Shown here piece by piece: positions 1-13,200 of a stretch of 64,000 nt of DNA. Positions within the stretch are counted from its first letter, which is position 1. Each line of letters starts with the position of its first letter. The stretch covers positions 558,001 to 622,000 of the forward strand of contig CM030335.1 in assembly GCA_017654855.1 (NCBI GenBank). Reading direction: 5' to 3'. Under the pieces are notes generated by a model. The model saw only the letters and a program-made list of their open reading frames with translations, was not told where the DNA came from and did not search any database. The position numbers were made by a program, and so were the translations under genes. Source of the stretch: Podospora anserina. Taxonomy: Eukaryota.

Positions 1-556
1 CGTCGGTGTTGGCGAAGACTGAAATGTAGCAACCGAAGTCGCTCCCACTCGAGAACAAATTCCCCGCACGTGCGGCTCAACTGTGAGTGGTAAACAGTTT
101 TGATTGGGGACATGGAACGGGCGCCACCCCCTCCTTTTTGTTCGACGCAGTACGGTCCCCCCATAATCGACGCACAGCTTGACAGCAGAAGTCGGTGTGG
201 CTTGGGGCTCCTGGTCGGTAGAGCGGGCTTAGATATGCGGGGTCCCAAGGTCGGCATACCAGGCCATAAGGCGCCCAACTTCGAGCCCAAAGCAGGTGGT
301 TCGCGCACTTTGCTCGTTGCAAAGCCTCTCAAGCCAGCCAACCTGTCAACCACTTTCATCATCAAGAACGCCCAATCTTTTAGATACCCCGGCAAGTTCG
401 TACGTTACCTCTGATCAGGCATCCTGCTCCATCCCTCATTGTTTCCTTCCCGATTGACAATCCTGGTGTGGATCATTGTCCACAGTACCATACTAAATAT
501 TTCGACTGTGCCACACTGGCCACGTTGGTTTGTGCTGGGCTTTGAACTGAGAGGAG

Positions 557-1729
557 ATGCGGCCCCTCCGTCCCGGCTTATCTATCCGACCTCCCGCACA
601 TCAGCCTCACTCGGCGTATGTCACAGACGGTAGTGAAGAAGATTCTGTCTACTATAGCGAGGACGAGGACGACCATCACGGGAGCCACTCCATGGTATAT
701 GAGAGAGAACCAGCACCATACGGGCCTGGCCTTCCAAATACCCCATTACGTTCACCCAGTACAGAATACACAGCTTCAACCATCCCGCCGTCTCCCACTT
801 ATCGCCTCCCACCGGCGGGGACACCCTTGTCCAGTCCAGGCTTTATGAGCGGATTCCCACCACGACCTCACCCAGGATACCGGCCGGGGCCGCCGCCACC
901 TCCTCCTCCCCCGGCAGGTTATGGGAGACCACACATCCCATATCAGCAACCACAACCGTACCCGATTGCTTCTATGTGGGGAACATGGACTCTTCCTCCA
1001 GCCTATCCTCCTACACCCAACACCCCCTTCAACGAACCAAGAAGGCCTGTTCCCCATGCCCCAAACCTACCCAATAATCGTTGGATGCCACATCCCGATG
1101 AAGACCCCATCCCACACCGCCCTCACCGAAACCGGTCTCCCGGGCCTACACTACAGTTTCGACGCTCCCGGAGCAACATGCGAAAGCGCAGTTCGTCCGA
1201 GACCCGAAAGCCCCGTCCGCTAGACCCCCAAATAGCAGCGGCGTTAAAGGGGAAGGAGCATGAGAACATGGTCCTTCGAGAAGAACTCAAGAGGGCAAAG
1301 ACGAAAGAGGCCAAGAGGGAGGCCAAGGAAAAGGAGGCCGAGTTCCAAAGGTTAAAAGGTCTCGAGGAGGAGCTGAGAAGGTATAAATTGTTCGAACAAA
1401 AGAACCAGATGAAGCAGGAAATAAAGAACGAGATATATGCAGAGTTTCACCAGGGGATATCGACATCACCTACGACGTTGGCTGGTCAGCTGGGGCCTAG
1501 CTCTGGGTTCTCGTCGGAGGCGACACCGTCGTCTAATGCTTGGACGCAGGGGGGGTTGATTATTGGGCGACAGCCTGCTCCAAGGGCCATTGCAGGGGGG
1601 GTGTCTTTGGGTGATTACTTGTTTGATCGGTATGGGAATCCACAGCTGGAGGTGTACGCGAGGCCATTGGAGACACAAGATGTTGGTGTGAGGGGACGGC
1701 AACCAGGTCCCCACGTGCGGTTTCCATGA
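557..1729 (+). CDS. Proline-rich, low-complexity hypothetical protein with a central charged coiled-coil segment
   Basis: 390-aa ORF; poly-Pro stretches and an E/K/R-rich helical segment (ELKRAKTKEAKREAKEKEAEFQRLKGLEEELRR). No family recognised. Confidence 0.65.
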   Translation: MRPLRPGLSIRPPAHQPHSAYVTDGSEEDSVYYSEDEDDHHGSHSMVYEREPAPYGPGLPNTPLRSPSTEYTASTIPPSPTYRLPPAGTPLSSPGFMSGFPPRPHPGYRPGPPPPPPPPAGYGRPHIPYQQPQPYPIASMWGTWTLPPAYPPTPNTPFNEPRRPVPHAPNLPNNRWMPHPDEDPIPHRPHRNRSPGPTLQFRRSRSNMRKRSSSETRKPRPLDPQIAAALKGKEHENMVLREELKRAKTKEAKREAKEKEAEFQRLKGLEEELRRYKLFEQKNQMKQEIKNEIYAEFHQGISTSPTTLAGQLGPSSGFSSEATPSSNAWTQGGLIIGRQPAPRAIAGGVSLGDYLFDRYGNPQLEVYARPLETQDVGVRGRQPGPHVRFP

Positions 1730-2929
1730 TTGCGGATTGTGCTGTAGATATATTGTATGACTTTCATAGGGCAGGCACCCACATATTACGATAGTTTCCA
1801 TTAAGGGTGACAGTGATTGGCAATAACTGCCATCATGTGAGCCATTATCTGGACCACCATGATCCCTAGCCTACGAGACCTATCAATCAAATGAAAGACT
1901 TTCATGTCGTGTTGTTAAGACATTCCTCGAAAGCCCGTCCAGGGACATTCTAGAGTATCCGGCATACAACAACAATTATCTTAAGATTTGCATTGTTGTC
2001 AAGTTACCTAGATCAAGGGTTTGATCAAACAATGCTAAGTCCGAGAATCAGGAAAGATATCCGCGGTAGGCCCGCATCTTCCACTTTCTGTATTACCACT
2101 ACATCACGAAGCATTCACGACAAATTGGCCATCACCTTCCTCACGCCATCGTCCATCTCGCCAAGCCCTCTTTCCTCTGCATACTTCAACAAGCGTCCTT
2201 CTTCTGTTGCCGCATGAATTTCCACCTCATTACCGCCGTCGAGCAACTATCTGCAGAAACTTAAAAGCTCCAGCTTTATCCTGGCTTTTAACTTGACCGC
2301 AAAACCATACCCCTTGGCAGCCGCTTGCACCTCTGGAAAATCTTTCAAGTTCAAATTGTCACGGAGAGCGAGGAAGTGCGTCAATCTTCAGATATAGTGC
2401 CAAGGTTGGTTAAGTGGCCATGATAGGAACTGCCGTAGATTATCAGAGACTTCAGGTTTGGAGGATGCCGGAGACTATCAAGAGTGCAAGCGTAGAATAA
2501 ACAGCTGTACTGTTTGGCAAATGGCTGGCAGGGCCCAAAAGGCGTGTGACAGTCTTCCGGATCCAGGTAATCCTTGGCCAACTCCAGTGAACGCTCCACA
2601 AGATCCCCCTTGCGGGTGTTGTCCAGGATCGGCGCTGCAGGATCCAGAACGTGCTTGTGGCTGGCAAACGATTGGAAATATTTCCTATTCACTAAGGCCA
2701 GCTGCGTCTCCCGGGAGCCCCAATCCGAAAAGATGGTATTGTGTGTATAAATGGCAGTCTACAGGCCTCGCGAGACAAGGCGATCAACCAGTCTCGAAAA
2801 TAACTTGTAATACGTCAAGTTCACTATCTTCTTCGACAATAGCCTCTGGATACAAGCCATCCAGTCTTGTAACAACGTCCATCCAAAGTATGTCACCATA
2901 TTTCCCTCTCAAATCCAAAATCCCACCCC

Positions 2930-4665
2930 TCACTCGTGTGAATGACCCGGCAAAGCCTTGAGCCCTATTGTTTGTTTCGCAAAAATTAGTAACCAATCCA
3001 TGCCTGCCATTCAGAACGCAGACTTACAGCCGTCGATATCCTCCTTAACCACTCTCTTGACCTGGCACTGGTTAGCCTTATCAAAGGTCTGCGTCGTTAA
3101 ACCACGGCATGTGGCAGCAAAGCAGCGGTTGTCCATGGCGTGCTGGAGAGTGTCATCCTTCCAGCCAAAGACATAGTCGCCATGTTGGCCGTAGCCGGTC
3201 CTAATTTGATGTTAGCGCTCTGCTGGCAACCTTTAGAATGGGATAAAGGGCCTACGGGTCTCCCTGGCTCAGTACAAAAGGCTGAGAGCCATCGGCGGGC
3301 CATTCAGCCTTGTTGTTGAAGGCACGGGTATCCCAGACGATCTATTCACAGCGTCAGCGTAAGCCAGACATCAAAGCCACGACAACAACCACTTGCCTCG
3401 TAGTGGACCTGTGGGATCTTGACCGGATGGCTCGCAGGGCAGGCAGCATCGACAACGGCAAAGGTGGCAGGCCCGGACGTAGGGTGAGCAATGTGGTCCA
3501 TGTGGTTCGGAGTGTCGAGGTTCTTCCCGTCCCAGCAGCTTGGGGGGTCGTCAGCACTGTCAACGTACATTGACGTAGGCTTAAGAAAAAACGTACATGG
3601 GGAAGATAACACTGCTGCGGATGCCTCCGGGGCATGGAGTTGTTGGAAAGCTCTCGGTGTCAAGCTTGGGATCCATGCAGGGGCTCATGGTGTTGCCCTG
3701 GAAGTTGGGACCTGTACAAGGTGAGAAACTGTCATTTAAAGACCAAATGGACCAGAAACCAGGCCTATGTTTGCCCCTGCGTACCTGTGTAGCAACGATA
3801 GCAGCTCTGCATCTTGCGACCAAGGCCAGTCGAGGTGCGGCGTGCTGCATCGCCAGTGAACATTCTGAAGCCTGGCTTGAAGGCAGTAACGGTTTTAGGA
3901 CCAGGAGCCGTATAGTATACGGTGATGCCAGCTGTGTAAGAGCTCTGTTAGCTGCCTTGTCTTCAAAGAATCACGAAGAAGCGATGTGGTGGATGATGTT
4001 TGGTTCGGGCTCAGGGGTCACTCAGGGGTCCCGCATAGCCCTAACCCTAGAATGATGATATGATGTGTCGAGACAGAGAATGTGAAGAAAGTCGTCATAC
4101 CGTTGGCATTTCCAATGGCCTAGAACAAAGACGTCAGCATCATGTCTCATTGTTGATCGATGTTTGGTGTTGGAAAACTCAAAAGCCGACACGAGGAAGT
4201 AAACGGGGCACCCACATCATTGACCATCTGGGGAACACGCTTGTAGGTTCCATTTCGAGCCTTAAAGTACACGTTGGCAGTCCAGTAGTTGCTCAAATCT
4301 TGATCAAACGAGCATGTTGTGCATGTCGCGAGCTTGGAAATATCGCTGTAGGGCATGGTAACGTTGAACGCATTCTAGAGGGCAACGATCAGCGAGGGTG
4401 ACGGCGTTTCGTTGAAAATATGATTCGACGCACTCCTCCGACAACCTGATGGACGTGAGCAGAGGGAATACCGCCGGGCTCGACGAGAGGATCAATGCGA
4501 TCGAGGACGACCTGGGATAAAGATTGTCAGTATTGTGGAAGGAACCTGAACTCAGTGGCGGGTGGAAGAGGTGCTCACCTCGGAGCAACCGAATCGAAGC
4601 ATGGTCGTGCTAAAGCCCTGGCCGTAAACGGCCGGGAGAGAAAAAAGGCCATACAAGACCTTCAT
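2930..4665 (-). CDS. Secreted DUF1996-domain protein, multi-exon
   Basis: Spliced translation MKVLYGLFSLPAVYGQGFSTTMLRFGCSE..TIDRIDPLVEPG..HVHQVVGG..CTTCSFDQDLSNYWTANVYFKARNG..CWDGKNLDTPNHMDHIAHP..CPASHPVKIPQV..GYGQHGDYVFGWK..WLKALPGHSHE*. These are typical DUF1996 motifs. Confidence 0.85.
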
Positions 4666-5815
4666 GGTGGAGTGAGAGACACCGAATAGCTTTGTCGATC
4701 TTGGCTTTGCAGGACGGATTGAGAACCACGAGGCGGCCTGGGGTCGTCGGCGGGCCGTCGCGCTCTTTTAAAAGTTTCGTGTGTACTCCATGCCAACCTC
4801 ACCTCTCCCGTCTTGGAAAGAGTGAAGCTAAAGGAGGCAATGCTGTGGCAAGTCAAGTGCCGGGCATACTGTGCATTGATTGTGGGGTTGATTAAATGTG
4901 ATTAACCACGGCCTATCAAATGCACGACATGTTGATAGCACTTGTCAATCCTTCGCTTTTAACCGATCCTCTGTCCAACAGGATGGCTCGGCCGAACCTT
5001 TTGGTTATTTTGGTGATAGCTGAATATATCAAGGCGGCAATACTCATCGGCTCCGACATAAGACTTGACTGGAGCGCATCGTCTTCATCAACCAAGATGA
5101 TTGCACCTGACGTAATGTCGGCATCGGAAAGATACCCTTACAAAGCTTCGCAGACATGTTTAATGTCCGGCCGTCTTTCTCACGTGGCCGATGTTTCTCT
5201 CAGCCTGTCAACAACAATCTTGGCTGGACGACACCACAGAGAAAGGTTTGGATAGATTACTTTGTTTGTTTCAGCATGCCCAGCCTACTAGAACCACTCC
5301 TATACCGAACCTCAAATGGGACCTCACTCGATCCGCGCAAATCAGGTGCCTGGAATCCATGCGAATACACCTCAAGTACCTTACCTACTCCGGTGTGCGA
5401 GGCTCAGAGTCCGGCTTCCAGGCTCAACGTCACGTCCCTCAAACGATCTACGTGCGCATTTTCTCAGCAAAAGGACCGCATTTCTGACTTGCTGATGAAG
5501 TTGTGTTTCACAGTCATGCCTGTATCATGTGATCCCCTCTCCATGCAAAGTGTCTGCGGTCCGGTCAGCTTCGGAGTTAAAGCACCAAACCCTTATACCA
5601 ACCTCAGCTCTAAACGCCAAGCCCTATAAAACGATGGTAGGCGCCAACCATGATTCCGAGTCAGACCGGTGCTCAGTAAAATGCTCTACTTAAAAAGCCG
5701 TCCATCATCAGGACTTGAAATATGTCTGCTGTTCTTCTTGTCCTCACGGACCTTGACCTTGAAACGATCCCAGCGCTCAATTTAAAATCTTGCACAAGTA
5801 TCAACCCTTTCAAAC

Positions 5816-6452
5816 ATGAGTTCAAACTGCTCTCATTTCCTGTCAGCTTTGCCGCCTCTTCACCTACTGTGTTTCTCCTTTTTGCTTGGGGCAACCCTAT
5901 ACCAAAGCTTCATCATGACCAAGATCAGCTACCGAGCCCTCCCAAAGTCCGCTTTCCGAAGCCTTCAGAAACAGGCCTGGCCGTTTTATTTCCGATCCCA
6001 ATCATTATTGGTCGTTATCACTGCTGTGACTATCCCGCGAGATGATCTTGTTCCCTTCGAGGCAAGCCCCATGAGCTGGGTTCCCCACGCCGTTGCGTTC
6101 ACCTCAGCAATGTTGAATACATTCATCTTTGAACCTGCTATACGAAAGGCCATGGTTCAAGTTACTCATCAAGGTTCGCTTGATCTCATCATGATTCGAT
6201 ATCCTCTGACTTTCGGACATGGTCTTTGCTGACATAGCCGCGACCTTAGAAACGAGAGATGGGCTTAGCTGCAACATGACGCAATACGATGAGAACAAGG
6301 TGATGGAGGGTGCTAGTGTCAGCCCATCGTCGGGGATGGTGGTGGTGAAAAGACGGTTTTCATTCAGCCACGCAATGTGCATCCACCTCAACCTGTTGAC
6401 ACTGGGCGCTGTGTTGGCTTATGGTTGGACATTGGCCGCGAGGATCCAGTGA
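5816..6452 (+). CDS. DUF4149/TMEM205-like small membrane protein (1 intron)
   Basis: PLHLLCFSFLLGATLYQSFIMTKISYRALPKSAFRSLQKQAWPFYF ... KRRFSFSHAMCIHLNLLTL; intron at about 6173-6249. Confidence 0.8.
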
Positions 6453-6896
6453 AGGAGGACTGAGGCTGAGAACTGCGTCTCGGTATAGTGTCCAGTCGCG
6501 GATGCTACTCTTTGTTATGATGACGGAACTGGGACAAGCTCTAGACTTGATGCTATTGTCGATCATTAAGCTGATCTTGGCTGCAATGATATCAAAGTTT
6601 GAGTGCGGCAGTGATGTTCGGATTGGGCTTGTTCCGATGGAGTGGCTCACTACATGCCAAAGACGTGAATACCCAGCTGTGTCTATTTTGGGAGTCGTCT
6701 AGATGTTTCGTTATATAGCAATAGACCATTATTGCTACCCATATTCTCTCGTCAATGTCTTCATACATCGGCAGTAGAGCTTCCCTGTTCCTCTTTGCTG
6801 GCTCCATCGGCTCAGCCAGTCGTAGCTGGTCGACCCCAGATCACTTCTGACATCCTCCGTTCCCTTTAGACCATTCACCCAGTGCATAAGCCGCAC

Positions 6897-8102
6897 TCAC
6901 TTCTTCTCCCGAATATCTGGATTCCCAGGAAGCGTATCAAGCCCTATAACCATGTCAGCTCACATTCCCCTCTCACGAAACAAAGACTCACATCCATCCA
7001 CCTCCTCCCCCACTCTCGAAGACACACTACACCTCTTTGCCTCCTCCAAAGACTGGCTCTCCAGCACGTGACAATTAGCCCCAAAGCACACCCCGTCCAT
7101 CGCCCGTTGCAGAGAATCCCCTTTCCACCCAAACACATAATCCCCATGCTGCCCATACCCCGTAGTATCACCCGTGCTCAAAACAAAAGGCTGCGACCCA
7201 TCCTCCGGCCACTCATCCGGGTCATTAAACAAACTCGTATCCCACACAATCTACACCCCGTTAGCATTTCCCAAACAGCACACACTCCCAAAAGACGATT
7301 AACCCACCTCAAGCATCAACTGCGGTATCCTAACAGGATGACTCTCCGGACACTGTCCTCCCGTCCCCAACCCAGTAAACGTATGCGGCCCGGTTTCAAC
7401 CGGATACGCCACATGGCTCTTATGATCAGGACTGTCCAAGTTCTTCCCATCCCAACAAGTCGGATAAAGCACATTACTCCTAATCCCCCAGCACATTTTA
7501 TTGGGTAACCCCTCAAAGTCCACCGCATCATCCACACAAGGCGCTTTATCATCCCCCCCAAAGTCAGGCCCGGTATAACACCGGAAGCAAGTTTGATTCC
7601 TCAACCCCTGCGGTTCCCTCCTCCCGGCATCCCCAACCAACATCCGGAATCCAGGCCGAAAGGCAGTCACGTCCCCTATCCCACCGCTGACGTAGTACAC
7701 CACGAAGCCACCATCCGTTTTGGTAGTGAAATCATCGCCGAATAATAGCCTGTTGGGTATTTGGGGGACACGTTTGTAGGAACCATTTCGTGCGCGGAAG
7801 TAGAGGTTGGCGGTCCAGTAGTTTGAGAGGTCTTCAGAGTAGGAGCAGGTGGTGCAGTTGGCGAGGGAGGAGATGTCGGTGTTGTGTGGCATGGAGATAT
7901 CGAAGGCGTTGCCGCCCACGATTTGGTGGAGGTGTGGGGAGGGTAGGGAGCCTGGGTTGACGAGGGGGTCGATTCGGTCGATTACGAGCTGGTGGCAGCC
8001 GAAGCGGAGCATGGTTGATGAGACGTTCGGGCCCCAGGGGGAGGTGCCCAGTTGGGGGGCGGCGAGGCCGAGGGTTGAGAGGAGGGATAGGAGGAGGAGC
8101 AT
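6897..8102 (-). CDS. Secreted DUF1996-domain protein (paralogue of 2930-4665), 2 introns
   Basis: Signal peptide; MLRFGCHQLVIDRIDPLVNPG, HLHQIVGGNAF, DLSNYWTANLYF, CWDGKNLDSPDHKSHVAYP, GYGQHGDYVFGWKGD; last exon WLDTLPGNPDIREKK*. Confidence 0.9.
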
Positions 8103-8998
8103 CGTGGTTGCTAGATCAGTGGAGTATTGGTCGGTGAAGTTGGGGAGGGCGGTGAGTGGAGGGAGGCTGTAGATATCTGTTGACCATCATGGCACAGTCT
8201 CAGCAGATGAATCAGCAAGCTGCAGATACCTAATCAATTGTTCGGATGGTTCCAACCTATGGATTGTTATGTGCGCGCCGAGCCGCCCGGTTGATAGTAG
8301 AAGACTTATTTTGCCAATCTTCCGGGCAATGGTGACTGGATGGATTGTTATCGTCTTGATGAAGAGGCAGCCATCATCGCAGTACCGAGATTGCGACCAC
8401 GTGGCAGACAAGACGTTCCTCGATCTTGATCTTGGGAGGCTTCGAAAGATATGCGAGATGCATCATGGCTCGCGTGGTGGACGAGCAGAGCGGTTGCCTT
8501 CTTGCGCCGTAAATCGAAGGGCAAGGAACTGAAAATATGGAGCACGCGGGAGAGTTATACTACAGTGGACGGTGGACGGTGGACGGTGGTGGGTCGTCGG
8601 CAAAATTGGATGGCGACCTGAAAGTCCGAGGAGCGGAGGAAGGCGGGCATAGCAGTCTCAAGAACCTTCCATCACACTTTCCACCCTCGCATTGAGCTAC
8701 GAGAATAGCATGAGATATGCAATCTGTGGATATCTCGAAAGAAGCAACCAGTGAGAATCGAGGGGGGAATGTTGGTTAATTTGTTCAACTATTTATCATC
8801 CACCTGTCTTTGCGGTACCTGGTCCTCCACAAGAATACCTCGCGATGCACCGCGATACTTTTGGTGCTGAATGTGGCATGTACCAGGTTCAGAGCTCCCT
8901 CGACGAAGGTTATAAGTCCCACACACTTCCCGTATCGAGAACCAGTCGATAACCAAAGACAACGTGTTGTCCAACACACATAGGCAAACGCCGGCAAA

Positions 8999-9649
8999 AT
9001 GAAGCTTTCATTTTCTCTTCTACTTCCTTGGCTCGTGATAGCCCAGGAGACAACCCTGGGAACAGGAGCGCATTTCCGGCTAACAAGATACTCAGGCACT
9101 GGCTGCCCGGAAGGCTCGAGCAACATAACAATCTCAGAAACAGGTGAGTGGATCATTATTACCTACAGCCAATTTCGAACCTACCTTGGGCCAGAATATG
9201 CTCGAGCGGAGAGGGGCAAGACCTGTCATGTTTATCTCGCTATCATTGCCCCGAGCGTCGACCATTTCCCTCAAGAGGTTCAAAGGGTGCAGCACACGCT
9301 TGCGGACAGCGTATATGAAGGATACTACACTCAGCTCGATGATGGAGTGACAGCTCTTCACCACAGCACATACTACACCCATGATTTGGGCCCCTTCAAC
9401 GTGGTCGCGACGGCAACATTCGATAATGGTGAGACGTGGAAAGCACCTTGCAAATCGTACAGCGAGACCAGAGAGATCCCTCACAGCTCCCTGGAGTATG
9501 GCCGCTGTGTCCAACCAGGTGCTAGAATGTCGGTGTTCTATGCCCACGATCAGATCACCATGAGCAGCTCGAATCCAGAAGCCCGTGGCGTTTCGGTTGC
9601 GGGCGACACGGCCGACTTGTTGTATACGCGCCGTATCAGAGTCCTGTAA
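8999..9649 (+). CDS. Secreted DUF4360-like protein
   Basis: Signal peptide followed by YSGTGCPEGS...YSQFRTYLGP...KTCHVYLAI, the DUF4360 N-terminal pattern. Confidence 0.75.
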   Translation: MKLSFSLLLPWLVIAQETTLGTGAHFRLTRYSGTGCPEGSSNITISETGEWIIITYSQFRTYLGPEYARAERGKTCHVYLAIIAPSVDHFPQEVQRVQHTLADSVYEGYYTQLDDGVTALHHSTYYTHDLGPFNVVATATFDNGETWKAPCKSYSETREIPHSSLEYGRCVQPGARMSVFYAHDQITMSSSNPEARGVSVAGDTADLLYTRRIRVL

Positions 9650-10284
9650 GTGGAATGATTAAATTTGCAGTGAGATTGGGAGAAAACCACGAATGCTAAT
9701 TCGGAATATCATATGGTAGATGGCGAGCGTGTTCTCCGTAAGCCACATCTTTGAGGAAATTCGGAATTGGTCCGGAAAAGCGCTAGTCCAGAGTCGGGAG
9801 GTGGGGCTATGATCCCGAGGAGGGGTGGTGGGGCTGTGGGGTGATTGCCGTTTGGATCTTGGCAGAAAGCTTCAACTGTCTTGACTCTTGCTACCAACTT
9901 GGAATCCGGGACCAACGACAGATAGGACAAATGCACTTGTTCTTGCCATTAAAACCTATCTACTCTTTCGCTGTCATTGAAGTAGAATCCCCTTCCTTGC
10001 CAGCAATAATAATCGATTTTCAACCCTTTGAAGGCCATGATTTCAACCCGCGGATAAATCGGGCATGATGCTCAGGTTCGCATTTTCCAGTTTGGTGTCG
10101 CACAACGGTGCGAGAATGCAGCTCGCTATGCAACCCATGATATTGGGCGACGGCCATGCTGCCTTTTCGACCGGGGGTCGAGCCTTGCCAACCTGCGCAA
10201 ACATGTTTAATATCTACTGCCTGGTCGCGCTTTCGAGCTGAACGTGTTCATCATCCCCAGTAAAATCTTCCCGTCAACGACTCG

Positions 10285-13200
10285 ATGATGGAGAGCGAAC
10301 AACCGATAGACTTGGAATGGCTTGCTGACTTATCCAAAGGTAAGTACATACCATTTGCTCCAATATTCCATCTAATGTTTAACACACATATCAGGTCAAT
10401 CATTTACAACCTTTGGACAATCCCAATCTGCAAAGACTTTCGATTTCGGAGACGATGGCTTTACTGCTTCTCTGTCAGAAGGGAATGAGCTGCTCCAACT
10501 CACTCGGCCAGACCCTACTTGTGGTCTCATTTTCGTCAGAGGAAACTATCCTGACAGCGCAGCCTCCATGCTAGCCCGAGCTCAAAACCAGCAGCTGCAT
10601 GAGGCTCAGAGCAACGACACCTTTGGAACCAATCTGGTTCCAGAGAGTCCCGAGACGCCATCTTCGCCCTGGGCCGTGAGTGCCGCAGACCGAAAAAGTC
10701 AGGGATGGGTCAACTTTCGTTGGCCTTACGCCCAATATGTGCTTTTCCATTTGGATGCTACCAAGGGTTTCAATCGTGAGATTGGAAACTGGGACACCAT
10801 ATCATTTGTTAAAAACAAAATCTTCTTTCAGATTCACCGTCTGAGTTTGGGGGTTGGCAGTTCAGCCACCAGTGATGACCACCAAGACGACGTGGCACGC
10901 GCGAGGTTCAAAAGAGGAGGACCAGTTCGATTCGGGTGCCCATGTTCTCAGAATGATATTCATCGACAAGTTGACACATATACCATCACGAACAATGCCA
11001 ACATTGTGTCCTGCAGAAGCAGCAACTATCGCACAAGAATCGAAATGACATTTTCGGTCAATGGCATACTCCAACCTCCCACCTTCCTCAACCCCTGCGA
11101 CACAGCTGCCGACGTTGAATGGGTTGACATGACGAGTGAGGTCGAAGTTGACGTTCGAGTCGGAGAGCCCACATATGTTGTGTCAACCTACGCCATACGT
11201 ACTGAGGATGGGGTTGAGCACGACCCTTCGCTTCCGGCCGACCTCGCAGACTATCTGGGCGTCAGCCGTGGGTCGGTCAACATGACCGACAGACTCTTCA
11301 CAAGCCTATGCGCAGCGAACTACGAAGCGATTGAAGCGGTGGAATTTTGCGTCATCGGCAGGGGCGTGGAACAGATACTGGGTGTCACATCAATTCCGAC
11401 CTCGAGTTCGCGTCCCACGAGCCCAAGTTTCTCACATGAACTAGGAGAAAAAGCTCTGATAGGGAATATCATGACATGTCAGTTTGTCGACGTGGAAAGC
11501 GCCTTGTATCTCAACCCAATCCTTCTGATTTACTCGATATCCAGACTAACACCGTTCTAGTTATCAAATACGGCTTCTCGCCAAACTGCATAGATTCATT
11601 GACTCTAGAGACTTGAAAAGGGATTTCTTGAACCAGTATCTGGAGCTGGAAAAGATCCGGCAGGCCTACCTTGACAAGCTCACAGCTGCCATTCAGGGTG
11701 CACTTGCTTGGTTGTTCGCCACAGATCTCAAGCCAGGGAGACTCCTTCTCGCAGTCCACAGTGAGCCCTCCAATATTTCTGACGGCCCAGTTTTTGAACG
11801 GTTCAAAAGGTGCGCTGGGAAACGATCCGCCTTCAGCTGGGACACGACATACAACCGTGGCTGCTATGCCACCATGGCCGCCTGGTACGCCTACAGGGCA
11901 TGTCCTTCTGCATTTCATACAAGGTTCATCAGTGAGATCATCGTCCCCAGGTTACCTGTAGCATACCACCTCGGCATGGAGCGGGCAAACCGCGATAAGC
12001 AACCGACTCCCAAAAGCAATGTGCTGCAATGGCTACATCTCAGCTCTATCTTGCTGCTCTATGACGAGCTGGGTTGTGCGGAATACGATCTCGACATTGA
12101 TGTTGACGAGGTAAGAGAGACCCAAGAAAGAGCTGAAAAAAATGTCTCGCGTCTCAAAACCAACCAGCACGGTGGATGGAAAGCACATCATGACGAGCTT
12201 GACAGGGCTCTCCTCCTGGCCGAGGAGATGCAGCTGGACCGATTGAGGCACAGCAGCCGGTCCTACAATTTAGCGGTTTCTCGAGCCAAACAAACCAGGC
12301 AAAGGATCCGCGACCGCAAACGGACGGCAAAATTCTTGCCCGGACCAAAGCCGTGGATGGCTATAAGAGGACTTGGCAACGGGCCATGGGAGCTACACAG
12401 CACCAACCACGAAGCATACCTGAGAGTCGCCGATATCACCAACGTCCCATCTGCCCGAGACAGGCTGTTTGAATTTCTGTTGTCGGATTACTCCTTCATG
12501 ACCTCTTGGGACTGGGCAGATGGCAACATGGTAGGCCGATGGTGGGACATCCAGCCTATCGCGATGATATGCGCCACCTTGCTGGATTTGAAATATGAAG
12601 GTATCTCCAACTCTGAGAAGCCATTTTCCAACGGGTTAGCTGATCTGTTGACACTTTGCTAGGGAAGCTGCAGGCTGCGCAAGCCAAGAAACCAGTCGGG
12701 GATGATGAGCACCCTCAATCTCTCGACCGCCGAACGGACACACTCAGATCCGACGATCTAAACAGCAGCGAGATTTTGCCACGACAGCCCAAAATATCCG
12801 GCGAGATTGTTAACATGGAAGCCATGTTATTCAAGCTTATTCAGTCGGTGGAGGAGTCGCGTGGAAGTGAAATGGCCAAGTCTTTCGACTGGATATCGCA
12901 ACGACCACCAAACCCTTGCTTTCCTGTAAGCTGCCCCATGTCTACCTCCCTACCTTGTTTTTATTGTCTGAGGAGCTCCGAGTCGTCAATGAGTTCATAT
13001 GCACATTGTTATTCTTGAAATATCGTGGCGTTTAAATTTTTTTTTTTGGTTTACATTCTCACATTCCCTCTCATATTCTAGGGCTGGTATACCTTACCTC
13101 GTTCACCACCTTCCTCGCCAACAACACAACTTCCACTCGTTACCCTGATACCGGAGCTAAAGGCTTATCTTCCTGGCCATGGGCCCGAATCGTCATCCAT

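Noticed and set aside
4009-4051. ctcaggggtc duplicate and ccctaaccctag telomere-like motif
   Set aside because: Two units or fewer, inside an intron; compatible with chance.
8566-8589. (GTGGACG)3 tandem repeat
   Set aside because: Simple short intergenic repeat; no spacers, not CRISPR-like.
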